A stretch of 64,000 nt of DNA from an uncultured Chloroflexia bacterium (GTDB taxonomy: Bacteria > Chloroflexota > Limnocylindria > Limnocylindrales > CSP1-4): the NCBI GenBank assembly GCA_963704775.1, contig CAVPHR010000001.1:602582-666581 (forward strand). The letters are read 5' to 3'. The notes under the pieces were generated by a model, which was not told where the DNA came from, made no database searches, and saw nothing but the letters and a program-made list of their open reading frames with translations. Made by a program: the position numbers and the translations under genes. The number at the start of each line of letters is the position of its first letter. Within the stretch, counting starts at the first letter, position 1. Shown piece after piece: positions 42,552 to 51,985 of the stretch.

Positions 42552-43984
42552 CCGGGGCCGTCGCCGCGCCATCCGGACGGCTCGACGATGCGACATGGGC
42601 GGCGGCCCACGATTCGCTGATCGCGACGCTGGGCGACCTCATCCGGATCCCGTCGGTCAACCCGCCCGCCCCCGAACACCCGGACCAGGAACTGGCCGCG
42701 GCGCGCCACATCGCGGGCCTGCTCGAGGCCGAGGGTCTCCGGCCGGAGATCGTCGAGCCCGTGCCCGGGCGCGGGTCGGTCCACGTGCGGTTGCGCGGCG
42801 ACGGGACAGGCGGCGAGCCCCTCCTGCTGCTCTCGCACCTCGACGTCGTGCCGGCGCCTCCCGATCGCTGGAGCCACGGTCCATTCAAGGCCGAGATCGC
42901 CGACGGCTACATCTACGGCCGCGGCGCGGTCGACATGAAGGACATGGTCGCGATGGAGCTCGGTGTCGTCCGCCTGCTGGCGGGTGAGGCCCGGGCGGCC
43001 GGCCTGGACCCGGCGCGGGACCCGATCCCGGGGCTTCGGCGCGATGTCCTGTTCACCTGCACCGCCGACGAGGAGGCCGGTGGCCTCGCCGGCGCGAAGT
43101 GGATCGCCGAGCATCGGCCCGAGTGGCTGCGGGCGGCCGGCGGCCTCAACGAGTGCGGCGGCGTCGCCACGACGGTCGCGGGCGTCCGCCTCTATCCGAT
43201 CCAGGTCGCGGAGAAGGGCTACGCCGCCTACCGGATCGCCGTCCGCGGGACCTGGGGGCACGGCTCGATGCCGCGATCGGACAACGCGGCCGTGCTGGCG
43301 GCGGCCATCGTCGGACGACTGGCCGTGCCCGGACCGATCCGCGTCACGCCGGTGATGGCCCGGTTCATGGCCGCGGCGGCCGAGGTGCTCCCCGCCGATC
43401 ACGCCCGCGTGCTGCGGGCGCTCCTCGGCGACGATCCGGTCCGCGCGGACGCGACGCTCGAGGCGATCTGCGACCCGGCGTATGCGCGGACGCTGCGGGC
43501 GCTGCTCCGCGACACGATCAGCCCGGACATCATCACGGCCGGCATCAAGTACAACGTGATCCCCGGCGACGCCACGATCGAGGTGGATTGCCGCCTCCTG
43601 CCCGGGACCACGGAACCGGAGATGCGCGCCGAAATGCTGCGCCGGATCGGGCCCGAACTCGCCGAGGCCTGCGAGATCGAGCTCACGGTGTTCGGCGCCC
43701 CGACCGAGGCGCCGGCCGAGGGCCAGCTCTACGAGATCCTCGAGGCTACGATCCGCGACCACGACCCCGACGGCATCCCGCTGCCGTTCATGGTCCCGTT
43801 CGCCACCGACGGCAAGCACACGGCCCCGCTCGGCGTCCCGACCTACGGGTTCTCGCCGCTCCGGACCGCGCCCGACGAGCGATTCGTCGAGCGGTTCCAC
43901 GGCGTCGACGAGCGCGTGGCCATCGATGCCCTGCGCTGGGGGTTGCCCGTCCTCTACGACGTCGTCCGCCGCTTCTGCGGCTGA
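42548..43984 (+). CDS. M20 family metallopeptidase
   Basis: LLLLSHLDVVPA, GRGAVDMKD, TADEEAGG motifs; 478 aa. Confidence 0.85.
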   Translation: MTGAVAAPSGRLDDATWAAAHDSLIATLGDLIRIPSVNPPAPEHPDQELAAARHIAGLLEAEGLRPEIVEPVPGRGSVHVRLRGDGTGGEPLLLLSHLDVVPAPPDRWSHGPFKAEIADGYIYGRGAVDMKDMVAMELGVVRLLAGEARAAGLDPARDPIPGLRRDVLFTCTADEEAGGLAGAKWIAEHRPEWLRAAGGLNECGGVATTVAGVRLYPIQVAEKGYAAYRIAVRGTWGHGSMPRSDNAAVLAAAIVGRLAVPGPIRVTPVMARFMAAAAEVLPADHARVLRALLGDDPVRADATLEAICDPAYARTLRALLRDTISPDIITAGIKYNVIPGDATIEVDCRLLPGTTEPEMRAEMLRRIGPELAEACEIELTVFGAPTEAPAEGQLYEILEATIRDHDPDGIPLPFMVPFATDGKHTAPLGVPTYGFSPLRTAPDERFVERFHGVDERVAIDALRWGLPVLYDVVRRFCG

Positions 43985-43997
43985 CGCCGGGGTCGCC

Positions 43998-44207
43998 CTA
44001 CTCCTTCTCGGTCCCGTCGGCGTCCCGGACCATGACCTGTTCGTCGCAGGTCGGACAGACGTACAGCTTGCCGCCGGACCACGAACGCTCCGGATCGTGC
44101 TCCGCCGCGTCGTGATGCTGCGGCCGTGGCTCGAGCCGGCTCCAGCTGCCGTCCGAATGACGGTGCTCCAGGCGGTAGAGCGCCTCGCGCACGTTGAGCT
44201 GGTCCAC
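43998..44207 (-). CDS. hypothetical 69-aa protein with one CxxC
   Basis: ORF MDQLNVREALYRLEHRHSDGSW...YVCPTCDEQVMV lies between convergent and tandem genes. No family recognised. Confidence 0.35.
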   Translation of the reverse strand: MDQLNVREALYRLEHRHSDGSWSRLEPRPQHHDAAEHDPERSWSGGKLYVCPTCDEQVMVRDADGTEKE

Positions 44208-44229
44208 TGGTCCCTCCTCGTCGACGGCG

Positions 44230-44802
44230 CTATTCGCGCGGGGTCCGGATCAATCGGCCGCGCCGGTTGATGGCATGGGTTGCGAGGGCCGCCACGCCCA
44301 TCGCCACGATGGCGCGCTCCGCCGTGGGGAGTGGACGAACCGCACTCAGGAACTGATCGGCCCGCGACCGGTCGACCACGCGGAGAACCGCGTGTCCCCG
44401 CTGCGTCAGGCGGAGGGTCCGCTGCCGGCGATCCTCGGGCTCCTGGTGGCGCTCGACGAGTCGGCGACGGACGAGTCCGTCGATGAGCCGGCTCGTGGCC
44501 GACGGGGACCGGCCGATCTCCTCGGCCAGCTCGCCGACGGTCATCGTGCTGCCATCGGCCAGGACGTACAGCGCCGCGAGCTGCGTGAAGCCGAGCCGCA
44601 GCTCACCGAGCTGGCTGGCGAACCCGATGACCAGCTCCCGCCACAGGGCACGGCCCATGGCCACGCGCTCGCTGATCTGGCGGACGTTCGGCAGGCGATC
44701 GCCCGCGGCCAGGACGGGCGCGGACAGGTCGGCCTCGAACTGGCGGGCGACGGCCCGTCGCGGGACGACGCGACGGCGGATGGAGATCGGCTGCTCGGAC
44801 AC
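44230..44802 (-). CDS. MarR family transcriptional regulator
   Basis: Winged helix: FTQLAALYVLADGSTMTVGELAEEIGRSPSATSRLIDGLVRRRLVERHQEPEDRRQRTLRLTQRG. Divergent from fabD. Confidence 0.85.
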   Translation of the reverse strand: MSEQPISIRRRVVPRRAVARQFEADLSAPVLAAGDRLPNVRQISERVAMGRALWRELVIGFASQLGELRLGFTQLAALYVLADGSTMTVGELAEEIGRSPSATSRLIDGLVRRRLVERHQEPEDRRQRTLRLTQRGHAVLRVVDRSRADQFLSAVRPLPTAERAIVAMGVAALATHAINRRGRLIRTPRE

Positions 44803-44827
44803 GCCAAAATCGTAGGACGACCACGAC

Positions 44828-44837
44828 TTGCATGCAA
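44828..44837. promoter_or_regulatory. perfect 10-bp palindrome TTGCATGCAA in the MarR/fabD divergent region
   Basis: Read directly from the sequence, 25 nt upstream of the MarR start and 54 nt upstream of fabD. Candidate MarR operator and/or a -35-like TTGCAT. Confidence 0.35.
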
Positions 44838-44890
44838 CCGTGCACGCGAATCGGGCCTCTGGCGCGGTTGCGGACGTACCCTCAACAGCG

Positions 44891-45859
44891 ATGACGTCCT
44901 TTGCCTACGTGTTCCCCGGGCAGGGCTCGCAGTCGGTCGGGATGGGTCGCGAGCTGGCCGAACGGTCGGCAGGCGCCCGCGCCAGCTTCGAGGCAGCCGA
45001 TGCCGCCCTCGGCGAGACGCTTGCCGCGCTCACCTGGGACGGGCCGGCCGAACGGCTCGATCTCACCGAGAACGCACAGCCGGCCATCCTCGCGACCTCG
45101 ATCGCGATCCTGACCGCCATGCGCGAGGCGTGGGCCGCCGCCGGGGTCCCCGAACCGCTCCCCGCCTTCGCCGCCGGGCACTCGATGGGCCAGTACTCGG
45201 CGCTCGTCGCGGCCGGCGTGCTCTCGCTCGCCGATGGTATCCGCCTCGTGCGCGAACGGGGCCGCCTCATGCAGGCGTCCGGCGGCGGACAGGACGGCGC
45301 GATGGCCGCCCTCATCGGACTCGACGACGACCGCTTGCCCGAGCTTGTCGCCGCCGCCGCGGCGCATGGCACGTTCGTCGTCGCGAACCGCAACGCGCCC
45401 GGCCAGGTGGTCGTGTCGGGCGCTCGGCCCGCCGTCGAGGCCGGCGCCGAACTCGCCCGGACGCTCGGCGCGAAGCGCGCCATCGTCCTGCCCGTCTCGG
45501 TCGCGGCCCATTCCCCGCTGATGGCCGAGGCCGCCGACGGCATGCGGGCCGTCCTCGCCGACGTGCCGTTCGACGACCCGGCGATCCCGCTCCTCGCCAA
45601 CGCCGATGCCGCCGTGATCACGACGGCCGAGGGGGCGCGTGCCGAGCTAATCGACCATCTCACGGCCGGTGTCGACTGGGTCGGGGCGATCGCCCGGATG
45701 CGCGCGGCGGGCGTGACGACGTTCGTCGAGGTCGGTCCCGGCAAGGTGCTGACCGGGCTCATCAAGCGCATCGCCCCGGATGCCGAGCTCATCGCGGCCG
45801 ACGATCCTGCCTCGTCCGAGCGCCTCATCGACCTGGCCGCCTCGGCCACCCCCGCCTAA
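44891..45859 (+). CDS. fabD: malonyl CoA-ACP transacylase
   Basis: FVFPGQGSQSVGMG and AGHSMGQYSALVAAG active-site motifs; 322 aa from ATG 44891. Confidence 0.9.
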   Translation: MTSFAYVFPGQGSQSVGMGRELAERSAGARASFEAADAALGETLAALTWDGPAERLDLTENAQPAILATSIAILTAMREAWAAAGVPEPLPAFAAGHSMGQYSALVAAGVLSLADGIRLVRERGRLMQASGGGQDGAMAALIGLDDDRLPELVAAAAAHGTFVVANRNAPGQVVVSGARPAVEAGAELARTLGAKRAIVLPVSVAAHSPLMAEAADGMRAVLADVPFDDPAIPLLANADAAVITTAEGARAELIDHLTAGVDWVGAIARMRAAGVTTFVEVGPGKVLTGLIKRIAPDAELIAADDPASSERLIDLAASATPA

Positions 45860-45883
45860 GCCTCACCAGAAGGAGCCCTGAAC

Positions 45884-47160
45884 TTGCGCAAGCCCGACTA
45901 CGAGCGTCGCGTCGTCGTGACCGGTCTCGGCGTCGTCAGCCCGGTCGGCAACGACGTCCAGACGGCCTGGACCAACCTGGTCGAGGGCCACTCCGGCCTT
46001 GGGCCGATCACCCGGTTCGATCCGAGCCCGTACGAGGCCCAGCTGGCCGGCGAGGTCCACGACTTCACCGCGTCCGATTGGATGGACCCCAAGGCCGCCC
46101 GCCGCAGCGAGTCGAGCATGCACTTCGGCGTGGCCGCGGCCAAGCAGGCGCTCGCCGACTCGGGCTTCGAGCTGACCGACGAGAACCGCACCGAGGTGGG
46201 GGTCATCTTCGGGTCCGGAGCCGGTGGCCAGACGCTGATGATCGACAACTACATCGCCCTCCACGAACGCGGCAACCGGACCGTGGCCCCGACGTTCATC
46301 GCCAACGCCCTCGTCGACAGCTGCTCGGGGATGATCGCCATCGAGACCGGCGCCATCGGGCACAACGTCTGCATGGTGTCGGCCTGTGCGACCGGCACGC
46401 ACAACGTGGGCGAGGCGGCCGAGGCGATCCGTCGCGGCGACTGCATCGCCGTGATCTCCGGCTCGACCGAAGCCCCGCTGCTCGAGGTCGGCCACGCCGG
46501 CTTCTCGAACATGCGCGGCATGGGCATGCCCCGACCCGGCGAGGCGGCGCAGACCGTCTCGCGGCCATTCGACCTCACCCGCGACGGGTTCGTGCTCGGC
46601 GAAGGGGTCGGGTTCGCTCTTCCTCGAGGACCTGGAGCTCGCCAAGGCGCGCGGTGCCCGGATCTACGCTGAGGTCGTCGGCTACGGCTCCGCCGCCGAC
46701 GGCTGGGACATGATCCAGCCCATCGACGCCGGCATCGGCTCGGCGCGGGCGATGCAGATGGCCCTCGATCGACGGGGCGTGCCGGCCGACGAGGTCGACC
46801 TCATCAACCCGCACGGGACCTCGACGCCGCTCGGCGACAAGCGCGAGGCGGAGGCCATCTGGACGGTCTTCGGCGAGCGCTCGGCCGCGTCCGCGCGAGT
46901 CGATCGCGATCAGCGCCACGAAGTCGATGACCGGCCACATGATGGGGGCCGCCGGCGCGTTCGAGGCCTTCGCCACCGTCAAGTCGGTCGCCGAGCAGTG
47001 CGCGCCGGCCACGATCAACTATCGCGACTACGACCCCGACTGCGACCTCTGGGTCGTGACCGAGACGCAGTCCCTGCCGATCCGCTACGCGCTCTCGAAC
47101 AACATCGGCCTGGGCGGGCACAACGGCGCCGTCATCTTCGCCCGCTACGACGGGGACTGA
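45884..47160 (+). CDS. fabF: 3-oxoacyl-ACP synthase II-like KAS, copy 1 (apparent frame shifts near 46615 and 46890)
   Basis: TTG 45884 with GAAGGAG upstream. Cys-His-His contexts are SACATGTH, HGTSTPLGD and MTGHMMGAAG. The segments lie in ORFs 45884..46672, the frame of 46710..47177, and 46927..47160. Confidence 0.85.
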
Positions 47161-47215
47161 CGTCGCGACGTTGGTAGCTCTCTACAATCCGGGGACCCGA
47201 CCTTGAGGAACCTCC

Positions 47216-48486
47216 GTGCCTGAACGAGACCCTGCGCGCCGAGCGGTCATCACGGGCCTCGGCGCCGTCATGCCGATCGGCAACGACTTTCCGACCTACT
47301 GGTCGAACCTGGTCGCCGGCGTCACCGGGACGCGGCTGATCCAGAGCTTCGACGCGTCCGCGTTCGAGGTCCGCATCGCGGCCGAGGTCCTCGGCTTCGA
47401 CCCGACGACCGTGATGGACGCCAAGATGGCCCGGCGCATGAGCCGGTTCATCCATCTCGCGATGGGGGCCGGCAAGGAGGCCGTTCGCGACTCGGGCATC
47501 GACTTCGAGGCCATGAGCGAGGACCAGCGGGACCGCGTCGGGGTGGTCGTCAACACCGGCGGCGGCGGCATCGAGGCGATCATCGACGGCACCCACGTCC
47601 ACGACACGAAGGGCCCGCGCTTCGTGAGCGCGTTCGCCGTGCCGGCCCTGTCGGGCTCGATGGGCGCCTGCATGATCTCGATGGAGTACAGCCTGACCGG
47701 CCCGGTCATCACCCAGGTCGCCGCCTGCGCGACCTCGGTCATCGCCTTCCACGACGCCCTGCGGCTCATCCGCTACGGCGAGTGCGACGTCGTCCTCGCC
47801 GGTGGCTCGGAGGCGCCGATCGTGCCCGATGGGCGTGGCGGCCCTGTCGAACATGACCGCGCTCTCGAAGCGCAACGACTCACCCGGAGACCGCCTCGCG
47901 GCCGTTCGACCTGACGCGCGACGGGTTCGTGCTCGGCGAGGGCGCCGGCGTGGTCGTCGTCGAGTCGCTGGCCCACGCGCTCGAGCGCGGCGCCACGCCC
48001 ATCGCCGAGATCATCGGCGGCGCCCTGACCGCCGACGCGTTCCACATCAGCGCCCCGGAGCCCAGCGGCCGCGGCCAGGCCCGTGCGATGACCAAGGCCC
48101 TGCAGCACGCCGACGTCGCCCCCGACGAGATCGACTACATCGTGGCCCACGGCACGTCCACGTCACTCAACGACGTGACCGAGACGCGCGCGATCAAGGC
48201 GGCCTACGGCGACCACGCCTACAAGGTCGCGATCAGCTCGCCCAAGTCGATGATCGGCCACCTCGTGGGCGCCGCCGGCATCGCGAGCGTGCTCGCCGCG
48301 GTCGGGGCGATCCGCGACCAGGTCATCCCGCCGACGGCGAACCTGCACACGCCCGATCCGGAGTGCGACCTCGACTACGTCCCGCTGACCGCGCGCAAGG
48401 CGAAGGTCGACACGGTCGCGGTCGACGGCTTCGGGTTCGGCGGGCAGAACGCGGTCGCGATCTTCCGGCGCGTCACGGACGTCTGA
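47216..48486 (+). CDS. fabF: 3-oxoacyl-ACP synthase II-like KAS, copy 2 (apparent frame shifts near 47827 and 47886)
   Basis: AACATSVIAF, AHGTSTSLND and MIGHLVGAAG. The middle piece PMGVAALSNMTALSKRNDSP is in the frame of ORF 47802..48503. Both breaks coincide with an extra base in CCC/GG runs. Confidence 0.85.
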
Positions 48487-48979
48487 GCGTCCGACCCTCG
48501 TAGGCCTCGATACGCCGCGACGTGCTCGTCCGAGAGGGCGACGGGCGCCGCGGTCGCGTAGTCGTAGCGGACCAGGACCGATTCGCTGACCGCGACAAGC
48601 CGCGGCGCCGTCCCGGAGACCGCGGCGAGCAGCCGGTGCTCGAGCGTGAACGATGAGCGTCCGATGCCGACCGCCCGGGTCTCGACGGTGACGACCTCGC
48701 CGTGGAACGCCGGTGCGCGATAGGTGATCCGGGCCTCCGCGAGGATCAGGCTCTCGGCGTCCTCGGTCCCGAGCGCGATCGGCTCGCCGGTCACGTCGGT
48801 CCAGTACCGGATCCGGGCGATCTCGCAGTAGGTCAGGTACTTCGCGTTGTTGACGTGGCCCATCGCGTCGGTGTCCGCGAAGCGGACGGTGATCTCGACG
48901 CGATGCCGGAACGGGCCGGTCAGGTCGCGCGGGATCCGGCCCGTGGTCGGCGTGATCGTGGTCGGCGTGCGCGGTCACG
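48473..48979 (-). CDS. acyl-CoA thioesterase (4HBT/YbgC-like); both ends uncertain
   Basis: The core is ORF 48375..48863 (VRFADTDAMGHVNNAKYLTYCEIARIRYW). The hotdog N-terminus FRHRVEITVRFAD is in frame but lacks a start, so I propose GTG 48979 with an indel. A more typical C-terminus (RRIEAYEGRTLRRP-stop at 48473) is one frame away. Confidence 0.6.
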
Positions 48980-48997
48980 GCCGCAGTGTACGTGGCG

Positions 48998-51323
48998 TCA
49001 CGCCGCGATCGAGGGCCGCCGCGGCCGAGCACCGCGAAGACGGAGCGAGTTGAGCACCACGGCCACCGACGAGAACGCCATCGCGCCCGCGGCGATCGCC
49101 GGGCTGAGGGTGATCCCGAACGCCGGATAGAGCACGCCCATCGCCACCGGGATCAACAGGACGTTGTAGGCGAACGCCCAGAAGAGGTTCTGACGGATCA
49201 CGGTCATCGTCGAACGGGACAGCTCGATGGCCCGCGCGATCGCCCGAGTGTCGCCACCGAGGAGGGTCACGTCGGAGGCCTCGATCGCGACGTCGGCGCC
49301 TGTCCCGATCGCGACCCCGAGGTCCGCCCGGGCCAGCGCGGGTGCGTCGTTGAGGCCGTCGCCGACCATCGCGACGGTCTGACCCTCGGCCTGGAGCCGC
49401 TCGATCAGCGCGGTCTTGTCGGCGGGCCGGGCATCGGCGAGGATGCGCTCCGGCGGGATGCCGACGGCCCGGCCGACGGCCTCGGCGGTGGCCCGGGCGT
49501 CGCCGGTCGCGAGCCACGTCTCGATGCCGTCCCGCGGTCGAGCGCTGCAACGCCGGCGCGGCGCGTCTTCGCGGACCGGGTCGCTGATCGTGATGAGACC
49601 CGCCGGCGCGCCCGTCGAAGGCGACGAACGCCATCGTCCGGCCATCGGCCGCCGCCGCGAGCGGCGACGTCGTCCAGCGCCGCGAGGTCCACGTCCCGTT
49701 CGCGTAGCCAGCGGGCGCTCCCGACGAGCACGTCGCGCGGCCCGTCCTCGCTGACGACGGTCGCGCCCACGCCGCCGCCGACCGCGGTCGCGAACCCGTC
49801 GATCCGTCGGAAGCCGAGCTCGTCGACCCGGGCGCGCGCGATGATCGCGGCCGCCAGCGGATGCTCGCTCGCCCTTCTCCGCGGACGCCGCGAGGTCGAT
49901 CATCTCGCGGAGGTCGAAGCCGGCGGCCGCGGCGACGTCGTCGACGACGGGCCGGCCGAGCGTCAGCGTCCCGGTCTTGTCGAGCACGACCGCGTCGACC
50001 TTGTGGGCGGTCTCGAGCGCCTCTCCGCCGCGGATCAGGATGCCCGCCTCGGCGCCACGGCCGGTGCCGACCATGATCGCGGTCGGGCGTGGCGAGGCCC
50101 ATCGCGCACGGGCAGGCGATGACGAGCGACCGCGATCGCGGCCACCAGGCGCGTGCGTCAGGCGCGGCTCCGGCCCGACCGCCAGCCAGACGAGGAACGT
50201 GCCGGCGGCGATCACCAGCACGGTCGGGACGAAGACCTCGGCGACGCGGTCCGCCAGGCGGGCGATCGGCGCCTTCGAGCCCTGGGCACGCTCGACGAGC
50301 TCGACGATGCGGGCAAGCGCCGTGTCCCGCCCGACCCGCGTGGCCCGCATGACGAACGTGCCGGTCGTGTTGAGCGTCGCCCCGATGACCTCGTCGCCTG
50401 GGCCCTTGCCGCGCCGGGATCGGCTCGCCGGTCAGCAGCGCCTCGTCGACCGCCGACGACCCTCGACTACGAGGCCGTCGACCGGCACCTTGTCGCCGGG
50501 ACGGACGCGCAGCAGGTCGCCGACGACGACCGAGTCGAGCGGGACGTCCTCCTCGAGCTCGCCACGGACGAGGCGCGCCGAGACGGGCCGGAGCGCGGCG
50601 AGCCGGCGGATGGCGCCGGTCGTCTGGCCCTTCGCGCGCGCCTCGAGCCAGCGTCCGAGCAGGACCAGCCCGATGATGATCGCCGCGCTGTCGAAGTAGG
50701 TGGCGGGCTCCAGGCCGGCGTCCTCGACGACCGACGGCACGAGCGTCAGGACGACGCTGTACGCCCAGGCCGCGCTCGTGCCGATCGCGACGAGCGTGTC
50801 CATGTTGCTGGTCCCGTGGCGTGCGGCCCGCCAGGCCGAGCGGTAGAAGCGGCGCCCGGCCCACACCTGGACGAAGGTCGCGGGCACGATCGCGAGCAGG
50901 TTCCGCTGGGTCATCGTCGCGAGCTCGGCCGGGGCGGCCATGAGGGCCATGATGGCGAGGGCGACCCCGATCGAGACGACGGCCTGGACGAGGAGCAGGC
51001 GCGACTCACCGCGCCCGGCGACGTCGTCGGCCGTGCGCTCGTCGGCCAGCGATGCGGGAGACCGCGGCGTCGGCGGCCGGGCGCTGGCCGGATCTCGTAC
51101 CCGGCCGCCTCGACCGCCCCGACCAGGTCCGCGCGGGCGGCGACCTCGGGGAGGTACACGATCGTCGCGAGCTCGGTGGCGAGGTTGACGTTCGCGGTCT
51201 GGCACGCCGGGTGTCTTGCGCAGGAATCGTTCGATGCGATTGACGCACGAGGCGCAGGTCATGCCCTCGATCGGCAGGGCGACCTCGATCGGCTGGGTGA
51301 CTGGCGATGGGCTGGCTCGACAT
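48998..51323 (-). CDS. copA: copper-translocating P-type ATPase (many apparent frame shifts)
   Basis: HMA domain GMTCASCVNRIE, CPC motif (ACPCAMGLATP), DKTGTLT, GDGLNDAP and C-terminus LNSLRLRG. Pieces are spread over ORFs 51006..51323, 50432..51262, 50911..51159, 48975..50864 and 48998..50350. Confidence 0.85.
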
Positions 51324-51338
51324 ACTCCCTAGGAGTAT
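51322..51338. promoter_or_regulatory. 7-3-7 inverted repeat ATACTCC-CTA-GGAGTAT over the copA start and a TATACT -10-like box
   Basis: Read directly from the sequence. On the minus strand it reads GGTATACTCCTAGGGAGTATG, with TATACT ending 10 nt before the ATG. It resembles CsoR-type operators (ATAC(C/T)CC...GG(G/A)GTAT) as I recall them. Confidence 0.4.
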
Positions 51339-51388
51339 ACCAGTGCCCGATCGCGCGGAACGCGGTCGCCTTCCGGCACACTGGGTCG

Positions 51389-51985
51389 GTGCAGACGACG
51401 GAGGCCGCCAGCGCCATCACCCGGACGATCGCGGGGCCGTGGGGCCCGCTCCACCTGGCGGCCACGACCCGGGGCATCGTGGCGGTCGAGTCGGCCGTGA
51501 CGGACGACGCGTTCATGTCCGCGGTCGCCCGGCGCGTGCACGGCCCGGTCGTCCCGGAAGGGCACGTCGCGCCCGACGATCCGCGGCGGATCCACCTGGA
51601 CCGCGCCGCGGCGGTCATCGCCGATCTCGTCGCGGGCCGGGCGCCACGGGGCGCTCGTGCCACCGATCGATCTCGAGGATCGGCCGGACTGGGATCGCCG
51701 CGTCCTCGGCGAGGTCCGGGCGGTCGGGTGGGGCGAGACGGCCAGCTACGGCGAGATCGCCCGTCGGATCGGGGCGCCGCGGGCGGCCCGGGCCGTCGGC
51801 GGCGCGCTCGGCCGCAACCCGATCAGCCTGCTTGGTGCCGTGCCACCGGGTCATCGCGGCGGACGGCACGATCGGCGGCTACGGCGGCGACGCGTGGGGT
51901 TCGCGCGAGTCTGCGCTCGAACGCAAGCGCACGTTGCTGCGCCGCGAGGGGATCACCGTCGGCCGTTCGCGACCGCGAGGGCTAG
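51389..51985 (+). CDS. ogt: methylated-DNA--protein-cysteine methyltransferase (apparent frame shifts near 51650 and 51830)
   Basis: N-terminal domain IAGPWGPLHLAATTRGIVAVE (frame 50153..51985). WGETASYGEIARRIGAPRAARAVGGALGRNPISLL is in ORF 51657..52154. The active site VPCHRVIAADGTIGGYGG is in the frame of 51307..52329. The exact stop is uncertain. Confidence 0.8.
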   Translation: MQTTEAASAITRTIAGPWGPLHLAATTRGIVAVESAVTDDAFMSAVARRVHGPVVPEGHVAPDDPRRIHLDRAAAVIADLVAGRAPRGARATDRSRGSAGLGSPRPRRGPGGRVGRDGQLRRDRPSDRGAAGGPGRRRRARPQPDQPAWCRATGSSRRTARSAATAATRGVRASLRSNASARCCAARGSPSAVRDREG

